Below are positions 1 through 10,456 of a stretch of 64,000 nt of DNA, one piece after another. Position 1 is the first letter of the stretch, and every line of letters begins with the position of its first letter. The position numbers and the translations under genes are program-made. The stretch lies in NCBI GenBank assembly GCA_963664825.1, contig OY761614.1, positions 2,624,001 to 2,688,000 of the forward strand. Reading direction: 5' to 3'. The stretch is from an uncultured Holophaga sp. Its GTDB lineage: Bacteria; Acidobacteriota; Holophagae; Holophagales; Holophagaceae. The notes below the pieces were generated by a model, which had not been told where the DNA came from, searched no databases, and saw nothing but the letters and a program-made list of their open reading frames with translations.

Positions 1-41
1 GGCTCCAGCTACACTAAGTGCTCTGGGGATTTCCGCCCCAC

Positions 42-118
42 GGTTCCTTAGCTCAGTTGGTTAGAGCATCTGACTCTTAATCAGAGGGTCCTGGGTTCGA
101 GTCCCAGAGGGACCACCA
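42..118 (+). tRNA. tRNA-Lys (CTT)
   Basis: Acceptor stem GGTTCCT/AGGGACC, anticodon arm TCTGA-CT-CTT-AA-TCAGA, GTTCGAGT T-loop, encoded CCA. Confidence 0.97.
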
Positions 119-160
119 ACAAAAAGCCCTGAAACGTAACAGTTTCAGGGCTTTTTGTTG
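117..160. terminator. Intrinsic terminator hairpin after tRNA-Lys
   Basis: CAACAAAAAGCCCTGAAAC-gtaaca-GTTTCAGGGCTTTTTGTTG inverted repeat with T tail. Confidence 0.8.
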
Positions 161-263
161 TGGATCCAGCAGGGACCAAAAGATCGGCATCCGGGTAAAC
201 CCGAATCCCCGCTGCCGTGGCAGACTTGAGAAGGATGAACCACAGCGAACGCAGAGACACACG

Positions 264-1001
264 ATGATTCCCCTGGAACGCCTGCCGGGTTTCGGGCAAT
301 GGGGCCGGGCCCTGGGGGATCTGCTGGCACGGCCCGAACCGATCTGGATCCACGGCGGAGCTGGCTGTGGATCCAGCACCCTGGGGCTGGAACTGGCCCG
401 GCGGCGGGGGGCGGCTTTCCTGGACGATGGGGACCAATTGAGTGAAACGGACCTGGAGGATTGGCTGCGGGCCCATCCCGGCGGCGTCCTGGCGGCCCAT
501 CGGCCACCGGAAGGGGGGCATTGCCTGGTGCTGCGCCTCCCTGCGCTTTCGGAGGATCCCGCCTCCCTGCTCGGTTGCCTGGCGATCTTGGCCGAGGAAG
601 AGGGTTGTGTGGGGACCCTGCCGTCGGCTCTCGCCCGCCTGCCCTGTCCCGGTAACCTGCGGGGGCTGCGCAATCGCGTGGTGCGCTGGAAGCTCCTGGG
701 GCAACTGCCCGAGGAGGGGCCCGCAGCGCTCGGCGAAGGGCCCCTTCCCCTGGATTCCGATGATCTGGCGACCAATCTCCATATCCTGGAGCGTCTGCTC
801 CTCCACCGGGTCCTGCGCCGGAGCTACGGCAACCGCGTGGAGGCCGCCCAGCGCCTGGGGGTGAGCCGCCGCCAGCTCTACCTGCTGATCGCCCGGCACG
901 GGGACCCTGTGCGGGGCGAGGCGCCCACCAGCGATGGCCCTAAACGGTTGGGAAAGGCGCGAATGCGCCAAAACTCCAGTCCGGTCCCTTCGTCCCGATA
1001 A
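264..1001 (+). CDS. Degenerate sigma-54 activator-like protein with C-terminal Fis-type HTH
   Basis: Walker-A-like GGAGCGSS, PGNLRGLRN sensor motif, GNRVEAAQRLGVSRRQLY HTH; no GAFTGA. Confidence 0.7.
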   Translation: MIPLERLPGFGQWGRALGDLLARPEPIWIHGGAGCGSSTLGLELARRRGAAFLDDGDQLSETDLEDWLRAHPGGVLAAHRPPEGGHCLVLRLPALSEDPASLLGCLAILAEEEGCVGTLPSALARLPCPGNLRGLRNRVVRWKLLGQLPEEGPAALGEGPLPLDSDDLATNLHILERLLLHRVLRRSYGNRVEAAQRLGVSRRQLYLLIARHGDPVRGEAPTSDGPKRLGKARMRQNSSPVPSSR

Positions 1002-1040
1002 CCCTTTCGAATACTGTCTCGGTCTTGACTGGAAGAACTC

Positions 1041-2549
1041 ATGGCAAATCCTTTGCGGGTCCTGGTGGTGGATGACGATCCCGGCATGCGGGACGGCATG
1101 GCCATGAGTCTGAAACGGGCCGGTTTTGTCACCGAACAGGCCAAGAGCGGCGAGGACGCCCTGCGCATGACCCGCCCGGGGGCCTTCGACGCCGTGGTGA
1201 CCGATCTGCGGATGATGGGCATGGATGGGCTTCAGCTCACGGCTCGCCTCAAGGCCCTGGATCCTGGGATGCCTGTGCTGCTGGTGACGGCCTTCAGCAG
1301 TCTGGATACGGCCCGGGAGGCCATGCGCCTGGGGGCCTTCGATTACCTCTCCAAGCCCTTCAGCCCCGATGAGCTGGTGAACGCGGTGCGCAAGGCCATC
1401 CAGAGCGATGCGCACCTCAAGGCCGAAGAACCCGGCGATGCGCCGGTGATCCTCACGCAGGATCCGGTGCTCGCCGAGACCCTGGCCCTGGCGCGGCGGG
1501 CGGCGGACAGCCGGGCCACCATCCTCATCCAGGCCGAGAGCGGCACGGGCAAGGAACTCCTGGCCAAGCTCATCCATGCTTCCAGTCCCCGGCGCAAGGG
1601 GGCCTTCGTGGCCATCAATTGCGCGGCCATCCCCGAGAACCTGCTGGAGAGCGAACTCTTCGGCTACGAGAAGGGGGCCTTCACCGGCGCCACTAGCGCC
1701 AAGTCGGGTCGCTTCGAGATGGCCGAAGGCGGCACCCTGGTGCTTGACGAGATCGGCGAACTGCCGCTGGCCCTCCAGGGCAAGCTCCTGCGGGTCCTCC
1801 AGGAACGGGCGGTGGATCGGCTGGGGGGGAACCGGCCCATCCAGGTGGATGTGCGGATGATCGCCCTTACTAATCGCGATCTGGCCACGGAGGTCAAGGA
1901 AGGGCGCTTCCGGGAGGATCTCTACTATCGCCTCAATGTCATCCCTCTTCGCCTGCCGCCCCTGCGGGAGCGCACGGCCGATCTCGTGCTGCTGGCCCTC
2001 CATTTCGCCGAGCGCTACGCCCGGGAGAACGACCGGGCCACCCCCAAGCTCTCCCCCAGCTTCCTGGAAGCCCTGAACCGCCATGCCTGGCCGGGCAATA
2101 TCCGGGAACTGGAAAACGCCATCCAGCGCTGCGTGGTGCTGAATCCCGGCAATATGCTCACGGAAAAGGATCTGCGCTGGTTGCTCGACCCCGAACAGAT
2201 GGAGGGCCTGCCCGAGGATCCGCCGGAACCCGCTATCGAGAGCCCTTCGTTGCCCCAGGTTGTGAGCCTCCCGCCCGAATTGCCTTCCGGCGTGGTGATT
2301 GCCGATCCCGGCCATCCCCTCCGGGACACCCCTCTAGGCACGCTGGTGGCGCTGCCTCTGGGGCTCTCCCTGCCGGAACTGGAGCGCTTCTGGTTGCTCT
2401 CGACCCTGGGGGCCCTGGAGGGCAACCGCACCCACTGCGCCCAGCAGCTCGATATCGCCCTGCGCACGGTGCGCAACAAGATCAACGAGTACCGTCTTGA
2501 GAATTTCGAAATCCCCGCCAGCGGCCATGGGAAGGACAACGGCGACTGA
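1041..2549 (+). CDS. Sigma-54-dependent response regulator (NtrC family: REC-AAA+-HTH)
   Basis: REC (VVDDD, DLRM), [30 protein letters not shown]-terminal HTH. Confidence 0.95.
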   Translation: MANPLRVLVVDDDPGMRDGMAMSLKRAGFVTEQAKSGEDALRMTRPGAFDAVVTDLRMMGMDGLQLTARLKALDPGMPVLLVTAFSSLDTAREAMRLGAFDYLSKPFSPDELVNAVRKAIQSDAHLKAEEPGDAPVILTQDPVLAETLALARRAADSRATILIQAESGTGKELLAKLIHASSPRRKGAFVAINCAAIPENLLESELFGYEKGAFTGATSAKSGRFEMAEGGTLVLDEIGELPLALQGKLLRVLQERAVDRLGGNRPIQVDVRMIALTNRDLATEVKEGRFREDLYYRLNVIPLRLPPLRERTADLVLLALHFAERYARENDRATPKLSPSFLEALNRHAWPGNIRELENAIQRCVVLNPGNMLTEKDLRWLLDPEQMEGLPEDPPEPAIESPSLPQVVSLPPELPSGVVIADPGHPLRDTPLGTLVALPLGLSLPELERFWLLSTLGALEGNRTHCAQQLDIALRTVRNKINEYRLENFEIPASGHGKDNGD

Positions 2550-2563
2550 TGCGGTTCCGCCCT

Positions 2564-3226
2564 TCAAAAGAACAGATTCAACGCGGAGGCACGGAGTTCA
2601 CGGAGGAAAGCAGGTGGAGAAACACCTGGCTCTTGTAGGATCATCTCCGCGCCTCTAGGCACGCTGCTGGACGAGGGCCGGAGCAGGGCCGCCTTGCTGA
2701 AGGACACGTGGGGTCGCGCCGCGACGGTGAAACCGGCAGTCTGAGCGGTGCGAAGGGTGGTCTCGAAGGCGGCTCTGGAGACATGCAGGGGCGGCTCCAC
2801 GATGAAAAGGTGCCCCCCTTCCGATAGCAGCTGCCGGGCTTCGCCAAAGAAGGCCCCTTGATCGGGGAGTTCATGCAGCATGTAGAACGCGAGCGCGAAG
2901 TCGACGGAAGGGCAGGGGCCGATCGCGTCGGGCCCGCATGGATGCAGGGATATCCGCCCTTCGAGTGGGGTGCCTTGGATTTTTGCCCGGACCTTCTCGA
3001 GCATCCCCTCTTGCACGTCGGCTGCGATGACCCTGCCGGTGGGCCCGACGAGCTGCGCGAGTGCGAGGGTGAAGAATCCGGGGCCACACCCGAAGTCGAG
3101 GACCGTCATGCCTTCCTGGACATAGGGCCCCAGCAGGCGCAGCGGGTTTTGAAACCACCGTCGAAGCCTGTTATCGAGCCCACCGGCAAGAGCCACGGGG
3201 CACACGCGATCGTTTCTGTCAGCCAT
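2564..3226 (-). CDS. Class I SAM-dependent methyltransferase
   Basis: VLDFGCGPG motif I, acidic motif II IAADVQ. Confidence 0.88.
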   Translation of the reverse strand: MADRNDRVCPVALAGGLDNRLRRWFQNPLRLLGPYVQEGMTVLDFGCGPGFFTLALAQLVGPTGRVIAADVQEGMLEKVRAKIQGTPLEGRISLHPCGPDAIGPCPSVDFALAFYMLHELPDQGAFFGEARQLLSEGGHLFIVEPPLHVSRAAFETTLRTAQTAGFTVAARPHVSFSKAALLRPSSSSVPRGAEMILQEPGVSPPAFLRELRASALNLFF

Positions 3227-3247
3227 GCGCGCCTCAAATGTGAAGGT

Positions 3248-4189
3248 CTAGTTCGATTTATTTCGAAGGTATCCCGGCACCTTGAACTCGGTGGTCGTGC
3301 CCCCCTCGTGCCGGTAGAAGCCTGCGGTGATTTCGGCGCCCAGCAGGAAGATGGCGCAGGAATAATAGAGGAAGGTGAGACCGGCCACCATGCTCAGCAT
3401 GGAGCCGTACATGATGCCCCAGGTGAAGGTGTGGTGCAGGTAGACGGCGAAGCCCCACTTGGCCAGCCACCAGAGGGAGGTCGAGATGGCCGAGCCCAGG
3501 AAGGCGTGGCGCCAGTTCACGTGCAGGCGTGGCAGGTGCTGCAGCAGCACGGTCATGGTCAGCAGGAAGAGCAGGGGCGGGAGATAGGGCAGGTATTCCG
3601 CCTGGGGGAAGGGCAGGTGCTTGCTGAGGGCCCCGCCCACCAGGAGGGCGGTGAAGAGCACCAGCAGCACCATGCCCCCCACCAGGACATAGAGTTGGCG
3701 GATCAGGGGGTTCTTGCGAGTCTGGCGGTGCTTCTTGATGCGCAGGCCGAAGACATGGGCCAGGCTCGTGTCCAGCTGGCCGATGCCCCAGTAGCTGCCG
3801 AAGATCAGTACCGGGATGGAGAGCCCCAGGCCTCCGATCTGCTGGCTGTTGCGGATGGAATCCTCCACGAAGCCCGGGGGCAGAAAGGGCACGATGGTCT
3901 CCAGCACGCGCTGGGTGGCTTCCGCGTAGGCTCCCTTGCCGAGGAGCAGTCCCAGCATCTTGAAGAGCAGCGTGCTCATGGGCACCAGGCTGATGATGAA
4001 CCAGAAGCTGAGCCCCGCCGCGTAGCTGAAGCAGTCGTCCCGGTAGTATTTCTTCAGCACTTCCCAGGAGAATCCCACGCCCCTGCCAAAGCGGGGGAAG
4101 GCCTGGGTGATCCGGCGCCAGGAGGCGGTGAGGACGAAACGCAGTACGCGATGCGCTCGCCGCACGCGTGCGCGAGCCCTGGGGAGCAT
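3248..4189 (-). CDS. YihY/virulence factor BrkB family membrane protein
   Basis: AAGLSFWFIISLVP N-terminal motif, YGS...FLYYSCAIFLLGAE C-terminal motif, multiple TM helices. Confidence 0.88.
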   Translation of the reverse strand: MLPRARARVRRAHRVLRFVLTASWRRITQAFPRFGRGVGFSWEVLKKYYRDDCFSYAAGLSFWFIISLVPMSTLLFKMLGLLLGKGAYAEATQRVLETIVPFLPPGFVEDSIRNSQQIGGLGLSIPVLIFGSYWGIGQLDTSLAHVFGLRIKKHRQTRKNPLIRQLYVLVGGMVLLVLFTALLVGGALSKHLPFPQAEYLPYLPPLLFLLTMTVLLQHLPRLHVNWRHAFLGSAISTSLWWLAKWGFAVYLHHTFTWGIMYGSMLSMVAGLTFLYYSCAIFLLGAEITAGFYRHEGGTTTEFKVPGYLRNKSN

Positions 4190-4191
4190 GG

Positions 4192-4392
4192 CTAGAACCT
4201 TACGGGGTGCCGGGGCAGCAGGTACATCACCCAGGCCAGCACCAGGCCGATGCCCAGCAGGCCTGCGGCGTGCTTCAGGATACTGATCCGGGTGCGCTCC
4301 GGGCGCAGGGTGGGATGGAGCATGCCTAGCACGGCGGAGATGCCGAGGCCCATCAGGAAGAAATGGAGGATGTGGCTGCTGAGAAAGCGCAT
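4192..4392 (-). CDS. Small two-TM membrane protein
   Basis: 66 aa, two hydrophobic helices, tightly packed in operon. Confidence 0.6.
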   Translation of the reverse strand: MRFLSSHILHFFLMGLGISAVLGMLHPTLRPERTRISILKHAAGLLGIGLVLAWVMYLLPRHPVRF

Positions 4393-4404
4393 GGAAGAAG
4401 GGTA

Positions 4405-5028
4405 TCAGACCGGGGCCATCTCCAGTGAATCCAGCCAGGTCTTGAGCACAAGGGCCGTGGCGCCCCAGAGGGGGATTCCGGGGAGCTCCAGGCGCCAGGT
4501 TCGGATCTGGATGCCCTGGTAGGTTCGAGCCTCCTCCTTCCAGGGTGCGTCGCGGAGGCCCTTCAGGGGCAGGGTCAGCACGGCCTGGAGCTCTGAGCCG
4601 AGCTGGAAGTGGGGGACCGGAGCCTCCCAGCGGAAAAAGACCGGCGTGAAGCGGGTCCGGGCCTTGGCGACCCCGTCCGGGAAACAGCCCAGCTCCCAGA
4701 GGGGCCCGGTGACACCCAGCTCCTCGGCCAGTTCCCGTCGGGCGGTGGCGGGCAGATCCCGGTCGTGGGCCTCCACCATGCCTCCCGGGAAGGCCAATTC
4801 GCCCGGGTGCTGGGGCGCCGTGGGACCCCGCTGGACGAGCACGATGCGCCGGGCGCCGTCCTCGTGGCCCCAGAGCAGGACGGCCACCGCCGCGCGGCGG
4901 GGGGATTCGGGTTTCCAGGGGCTCATCAGGTGCGGGGAGGTCCGGCGATTGGCGGCCCGCAGGCTGGTTTCGATGAGCGCCCAGGGAATGGGCGGCGCAT
5001 CCTCGGGAGGCATCCAGGCTGCGACCAT
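4405..5028 (-). CDS. Nudix hydrolase, CoA pyrophosphatase-like
   Basis: HPGELAFPGG...ATARRELAEELG Nudix box, LWGATA motif. Confidence 0.9.
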   Translation of the reverse strand: MVAAWMPPEDAPPIPWALIETSLRAANRRTSPHLMSPWKPESPRRAAVAVLLWGHEDGARRIVLVQRGPTAPQHPGELAFPGGMVEAHDRDLPATARRELAEELGVTGPLWELGCFPDGVAKARTRFTPVFFRWEAPVPHFQLGSELQAVLTLPLKGLRDAPWKEEARTYQGIQIRTWRLELPGIPLWGATALVLKTWLDSLEMAPV

Positions 5029-5036
5029 CGCTTTCC

Positions 5037-7262
5037 CTAGCGTGTGGAGCCGAAGATGGAGCCCCTCACCCGCTCCACGGTGAAGACGCCCTTGATCTTC
5101 CGCACCGCGGCCATGAGTTCGACCACATGGTTGCGGTCCTTCACCCTCAGCGCGATGTGGACGAGGCCCGCGCCCCCCTCGGTGGAAGAGGCGTTGAAGC
5201 GCTGCACGCTGAAACCCGCGTGCTGGATGGCGTCCGAGATGGCCGCCACCATGCCGGGCCTATCGGCGGTGCTGACGGCGATCTCCGTATCGAAGAGGCT
5301 CGCGCCCTGCTTGCCCCAGGCCACGCTCACCCGGCGCTCCGGGTTCATGGCGGCGGAAAGGAGATGGGGACAGACCGAGCGATGGATGCTGATGCCGCGA
5401 CCCCGGGTGGTGTAGCCCACGATCTCGTCTCCCCAGATGGGCTTGCAGCACTGGGCCAGGAGGTAGAGGACCCCCACGTTGTCATCGACCAGGATCGTGC
5501 TGTTATCGAAGGAGAGGCTCTTGTCCTCGGCCTTGCGCTGGGTTTCCGGCAGCAGAGGCTCCAGCAGGCGATGGACCGAGATCCGGTTGAAGCCTACGGC
5601 GGCGTAGAAGGCCTCCCACCCGGCCAGTTTCAGCTCCTTGAGCCGCGCCTCCAGGGCCAGATGGACCTGGGGATCCTCCAGATGGATGCTGTGGGAGCGC
5701 GCCTCCCGCTCCAGGTGCTCCCGGCCCATGGCGATGGCGTGGGTGCGCTCCTCTTCGCGGATGTAGGTCTGGATGCGGGATCTGGCGCTGGCGCTCTTGA
5801 CGATGGTGAGCCAGTCGCGGCTGGGCTTGTGATCGGCCCGGGTGAGGATCTCCACCCGGTCGCCATTCTCCAACACGTGGCGCAGGGGGACGATGCGGCC
5901 GCTGACCTTGGCACCCACGCAGTGATGGCCCACCTGGGTGTGGATGGCGTAGGCGAAGTCGATGGGGGTGGAGCCTTCCGGCAGGCTGCGCAGATCGCCC
6001 TTGGGGGTGAAGACCTGGATGCGCCGGATGGAGAGTTCGCCCTTGAGATTGGCCAGGAGATCGCGACTATCCCGGGCATCCTGGTGCAGCTCCACCATGC
6101 GCCGCAGGAAGGAGGCCTGGTTGATCTCCTGGCGATTGGCGATGCGGCCTTCCTTGTAGGTCCAATGGGAGGCGATGCCGGCCTCGGCGTGCTGATGCAT
6201 CTCCACGGTGCGGAACTGCACCTCGAAGCTGTCCCCCGAGGGCATGAAGACCGTGGTGTGGATGCTCTGGTAGCCATTGTCCTTGGGCAGGCTGATGTAG
6301 TCCTTGAAGCGCCCGGGGATGGGCTGGAAGAGGGCGTGCACCAGGCCCATGGCCGTATAGCAGGCGGCACGGTCGGGGCATATCACCCGGTAGGCCAGCC
6401 AGTCGTGGATATCCTCCAGGCCCTTCTCCTGGATGCCCATCTTGCGCCAGATGCCGTAGAGGTGCTTCACCCGGCCATCGACTTCGGCCTTGATTCCTTG
6501 AGTCAGGAGGGCGGCCTTGAGGGTGTGCTGGATCTGGGCGATGAGGGTGGCGTTCTTGGCGCGCTTGGCCTCGACTCCCCGTTTCATCTCCTGGTAGCGC
6601 AGAGGCTCCAGGGTGGCGAAGGCGAGATCCTCCAGTTCGGCACGCACCGCGCCCATGCCCAGCCTGTTGGCCAGGGGGGCGAAGAGCTCCAGGGTCTCCC
6701 GGGCGATGCGGCGCTGCTTCTCCTCCCGCATGGAGCCCAGGGTGCGCATATTGTGGAGGCGGTCGGCCAGCTTCACCAGCAGCACGCGCACATCCTTGCC
6801 CATGGCCACCAGCAGCTTGCGGACATTCTCCGCGTTCATGAGCGTGCGGTCCGTGAAGTCCAGCTTGGACATCTTGGTGAGGCCGTCCACGATCAGGGCG
6901 ATCTCCTCCCCGAAGGCCTTCCGCACATCCTCCTGGGTCATCAGGGTGTCTTCCACCGTGTCGTGCAGCATGCCGCAGGCCACGCTCACCGCGTCCAGGC
7001 GCCACTCCGCCAGGCTGCGCGCCACCGCGAGGGGATGGAAGAAGTAGGGCTCACCGCTCTTGCGGCGCTGGTTCTCGTGGGCGGCCTTGGCCACCTTGAA
7101 GGCCTTGTCCAATAGGGCCACGTCGCTGCCCGGATGGTGCCGCAGGAAGGTCTGCTTCACCAAGCTGTAGGCGCCCTCCTGGGTAGGGCAGCTCTCGAAA
7201 CCCGAAGCGATATCCTCCCCCTCCCGGAGGACGACAGGCTTGGGTTTGGCAGCATCGGTCAT
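5037..7262 (-). CDS. spoT: Bifunctional (p)ppGpp synthetase/hydrolase RelA/SpoT
   Basis: RKSGEPY, HDTVED HD motif, KLADRLHNMRTL, NGYQSIHT, EVQFRT, TGS and ACT domains. Confidence 0.97.
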   Translation of the reverse strand: MTDAAKPKPVVLREGEDIASGFESCPTQEGAYSLVKQTFLRHHPGSDVALLDKAFKVAKAAHENQRRKSGEPYFFHPLAVARSLAEWRLDAVSVACGMLHDTVEDTLMTQEDVRKAFGEEIALIVDGLTKMSKLDFTDRTLMNAENVRKLLVAMGKDVRVLLVKLADRLHNMRTLGSMREEKQRRIARETLELFAPLANRLGMGAVRAELEDLAFATLEPLRYQEMKRGVEAKRAKNATLIAQIQHTLKAALLTQGIKAEVDGRVKHLYGIWRKMGIQEKGLEDIHDWLAYRVICPDRAACYTAMGLVHALFQPIPGRFKDYISLPKDNGYQSIHTTVFMPSGDSFEVQFRTVEMHQHAEAGIASHWTYKEGRIANRQEINQASFLRRMVELHQDARDSRDLLANLKGELSIRRIQVFTPKGDLRSLPEGSTPIDFAYAIHTQVGHHCVGAKVSGRIVPLRHVLENGDRVEILTRADHKPSRDWLTIVKSASARSRIQTYIREEERTHAIAMGREHLEREARSHSIHLEDPQVHLALEARLKELKLAGWEAFYAAVGFNRISVHRLLEPLLPETQRKAEDKSLSFDNSTILVDDNVGVLYLLAQCCKPIWGDEIVGYTTRGRGISIHRSVCPHLLSAAMNPERRVSVAWGKQGASLFDTEIAVSTADRPGMVAAISDAIQHAGFSVQRFNASSTEGGAGLVHIALRVKDRNHVVELMAAVRKIKGVFTVERVRGSIFGSTR

Positions 7263-7317
7263 GCCATTGAGTTTGCGCCAGGGAGCCCCGGCATTCCAGG
7301 GGTGGACTGGACTTAGA

Positions 7318-9033
7318 TCAGAAATCCTGGGTCAGCTCGGCCACCAGCTCCCGGACATTGACCAGTTCCCGCAGCTTCCAGCCGTTGCTGCCAGTGAAGA
7401 AGAGCCCGGTTTTCTTCAATCCCGTCCGAGCGTCCTCCAGGCAGTCGGCGATGCAGTAGCCCACGTCTCGGGCGCCCTTTCCGTGGGCGCAGGGGGTCAG
7501 GCAGTTGCTGATGCAGCGGATGGGAGGCGCTGTGCCCTCCTCGATGGAGGATTGCAGCTCGGTGACCACCGCCCGGCCGGGCATGCCCACCGGGGACTTG
7601 ACCAGGCGGATGTCCTCGCGCTTGGCCCGGAGGATGACCTCCTTGAAGACAGGATCGGCGTCGCATTCGAGGGTGCCGATGAAGCGGGTGGCCATCTGGA
7701 CGCCACCGGCCCCCATGGCCAGGAAGCGGTCGATATCGGCCCGGTCCCAGACGCCCCCGGCCACGATCACCGGGAAGTCCCCCCACTTGTTCCGTTCCTC
7801 GATGACGGGGCCGAGGAGGTGCTCGACGGCGAAGGCGGGATCCCCGCACTGCTCGACGCTGAAGCCCTGATGGCCGCCGGATTCGGGGCCCTCCAGCACC
7901 ACGGCGTCCGGCAGGCGGTTGAATTTTCGCTGCCAGGTCTTGCAGATGAGGCCCAGGGCCCGGGCCGAGGAAACGATGGGCACCAGCGCCACATCTGCGT
8001 CGCCCACATAGTCGGGAAGGCTCATGGGCAGGCCCGCGCCGGAGATGATGAGCCGGGCGCCCGCAGCCACAGAGGCCCTCACGGCTCCTTCGTAGCCCTG
8101 GATGGCGCAGAGGATATTCACACCCACCGCTCCCCTGCCTTCGGAGATGCGGATGGCTTCCTTGAGAATCCGGGCCAGCGCCTCCGGGTTGTTCAGGCTC
8201 TCCGGGCCATAGGGGCGGCCCTGGAGGTGTTCCACCAGTTCCGGGAAGCGGTTGCCGGTGCCGATGGCCGATACGATGCCGACGCAACCCGCCCGGGCGG
8301 CAGCGCCCGCCAGCTTCTCCCAGGATACGCCGATGCCCATGCCGCCCTGGACGATGGGGTAGCGCACTTCCAGATTGCGGATCTTCAGGCTGGGCAGGGG
8401 GGCGGCGCCCTCTCCCAGCACATGAGCGGGAAGGCTGGCCAGATTCGAAAAGCCCGGAATTTCGGCGGCGGCGCCGGAGTGGAGCAGGGCCGGAGAGCGC
8501 AGCTGAAGGCCCGCCACCCCTTCGATCTTCAGGAGGGTCTGGGCCTCGCCCAGATCCTTACCGGCCTCGGCCAGCAGGGGGAGTCCTGTGCGGCGGTGGA
8601 TCTCGGCCAGGCGTTCCGGGAGATCCGGGCCCTCCTCCACCACGAGGACATCGGCGCCGTCCCGGGCGGTGCGTTCGGCTTCATCGGGGCTCTGGACGAA
8701 GGCCAGCCGGGGGATGCCGCAATTCTGGAGGCTCTCGAGCAGTTCGGGCGCAGGATTTGGGCCGTGGGCCAGGAAGGGCACGCCGCGCTGGCGGGCCAGT
8801 TCCACCACTTCCTTGAAACGATCCATGAGGCCCTTGAGATCCAGTCCGGCCCCTCGGGCCTTCTCGATCCAGGCCTCCAGTTCCCCTTCGCCGGGAAAGG
8901 CCGGCACCCTCAGCATGCCCAGGGCGCCGCCCTGAGCCATGGCCCCCGCAAGTTCCGGCCCTTGGCCGGGAAACCAGCCCTGCAAGAGCCAGGGTCCAGC
9001 CCCTGCGGGGTCAAGCTTGGGGAAAAGGTTCAT
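7318..9033 (-). CDS. Nitronate monooxygenase / FabK-like flavoprotein with extra N-terminal domain
   Basis: YPIVQGGMGIGVS, SGAGLP, EGPESGGHQG, AGGVWD, GVQMATRF; start taken at MNLFPK. Confidence 0.8.
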   Translation of the reverse strand: MNLFPKLDPAGAGPWLLQGWFPGQGPELAGAMAQGGALGMLRVPAFPGEGELEAWIEKARGAGLDLKGLMDRFKEVVELARQRGVPFLAHGPNPAPELLESLQNCGIPRLAFVQSPDEAERTARDGADVLVVEEGPDLPERLAEIHRRTGLPLLAEAGKDLGEAQTLLKIEGVAGLQLRSPALLHSGAAAEIPGFSNLASLPAHVLGEGAAPLPSLKIRNLEVRYPIVQGGMGIGVSWEKLAGAAARAGCVGIVSAIGTGNRFPELVEHLQGRPYGPESLNNPEALARILKEAIRISEGRGAVGVNILCAIQGYEGAVRASVAAGARLIISGAGLPMSLPDYVGDADVALVPIVSSARALGLICKTWQRKFNRLPDAVVLEGPESGGHQGFSVEQCGDPAFAVEHLLGPVIEERNKWGDFPVIVAGGVWDRADIDRFLAMGAGGVQMATRFIGTLECDADPVFKEVILRAKREDIRLVKSPVGMPGRAVVTELQSSIEEGTAPPIRCISNCLTPCAHGKGARDVGYCIADCLEDARTGLKKTGLFFTGSNGWKLRELVNVRELVAELTQDF

Positions 9034-9242
9034 CCGCTGCCTCCGAGATCCTGCCTTCCATCCGGAGCCTTGAAGGTTCACGAATGTCTCCAGTCTACCC
9101 TGTTCCTGGCTTTTCCCGGGGGGGCGGGCCCAGGTCCCGAGGTTGGTGTCAGCCTTTCGCAGCCAGGGACGGCCCAAGGACCCCCAACGGGAAGGCCGCA
9201 AGGCCTTTAGTCTCCTGCGAAAGATCTCCTAAGATGGAGGCT

Positions 9243-10370
9243 ATGCGCGAAACGCCACCGTTGATGGAACTCGAGGACGCTTTGGCCCTGTTGGCCGAGG
9301 CTCTGCCTTCGCCGGAGGCGGCGGCGATCCGGGCCGATCGGGATGATCCCGCCCTGGGCCGCAGCACCATGGACGGCATCGTCCTCCGGGCCGCCGATGG
9401 CCTGGAGGCCCGGAGGCTCCTCGGCACGCTCTACGCGGGCGATGACCCGGCGCCCTTTCGGGTGGAGCCCGGGGGGTGCCTCAGGATCATGACCGGCGCC
9501 TGCATTCCCGAGGGGGGGGATGCGGTGGTTCCCCTCGAGGGCCTGCAGGACCTGAATGGCCTCTGGGTGCCGCTCCAGATGCCCTGCCCCGGGGACTTCA
9601 TCCGCTCCCGAGGGGATCAGGCCCGGGCCGGGTCGCTGCTGCTTCCCCCCGGGAAACCCCTGAATGCCGCCCGTAGGGGCCTGATGGCCCAGGTGGGGTT
9701 GCCCATTCCCGCCCTGACGCGTATCCGGGTCGGCATCGCGTCCACCGGGGACGAATTACGGGGAGAACCCGCGCCCTGGCAGATCCGTGATTCCAATGGC
9801 CCCATGATGGCGGCCCTGGCCCATGCCCTCGGGGCCGAGGTCCTGGAGCTGCCCCCGGTGCCGGATGATCCGGCCGCCGTGGCGCGTTTCTTTAGGGGCC
9901 GCCAGGATTGTCGGATCGTGTTCACGGCCGGGGGCGTGTCCATGGGGGAGAAGGATCATCTGCCCCGGGTGCTGGCGGAGCTGGGGGCGCGCATCCTCTT
10001 CCACAAGATCCGCCTGAAACCTGGGAAACCCACACTGGCGGCCATCCTGGGCGATCTCGTGGTCCTGTGCCTGCCGGGAAATCCCGTGGCCGCCTATCTC
10101 AACACGCTGCTCTTCCTGCCCGTGATCCTGGCGCGCCTGGAGGGGCGGGCCCTGCCGGATCCCTGGCGGCCCGGGTGCCTGGAGAATCCCGTTTCCAACC
10201 CCGGGGAACGCCCCCTGCTGCACCCCTGCCTCCGGGAAGGGGATCGGCTGAAGCCCCTGCCCAGCCGGGGATCGGCCGATCTGGTCCGGCTGGCCCAGGC
10301 CGATGTCTGCGCCTGGATCCCCCAGGGCGGCGCCCAGGCTGGGCCCGTGAAATACCTCGAACTGATCTGA
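9243..10370 (+). CDS. moeA: Molybdopterin molybdotransferase MoeA
   Basis: STMDG, IMTGA, STGDEL, DSNGPM, GGVSMGEKD, KPGKP, LPGNP; GGAGG RBS before ATG 9243. Confidence 0.92.
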   Translation: MRETPPLMELEDALALLAEALPSPEAAAIRADRDDPALGRSTMDGIVLRAADGLEARRLLGTLYAGDDPAPFRVEPGGCLRIMTGACIPEGGDAVVPLEGLQDLNGLWVPLQMPCPGDFIRSRGDQARAGSLLLPPGKPLNAARRGLMAQVGLPIPALTRIRVGIASTGDELRGEPAPWQIRDSNGPMMAALAHALGAEVLELPPVPDDPAAVARFFRGRQDCRIVFTAGGVSMGEKDHLPRVLAELGARILFHKIRLKPGKPTLAAILGDLVVLCLPGNPVAAYLNTLLFLPVILARLEGRALPDPWRPGCLENPVSNPGERPLLHPCLREGDRLKPLPSRGSADLVRLAQADVCAWIPQGGAQAGPVKYLELI

Positions 10371-10456
10371 AGATGGTGGGACGGGAAGAAGTGACGTAAT
10401 TTGCGGAATACCCCACGGGTAGCACGTCCCCGTTCGTCTGGTCCCACGAGCGTCCC

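Noticed and set aside
81..9210. Long antisense ORFs (81..2315, 5127..7115, 7240..9210 and similar elsewhere, e.g. 62558..63979)
   Set aside because: Shadow frames of high-GC genes with clear motifs on the opposite strand.
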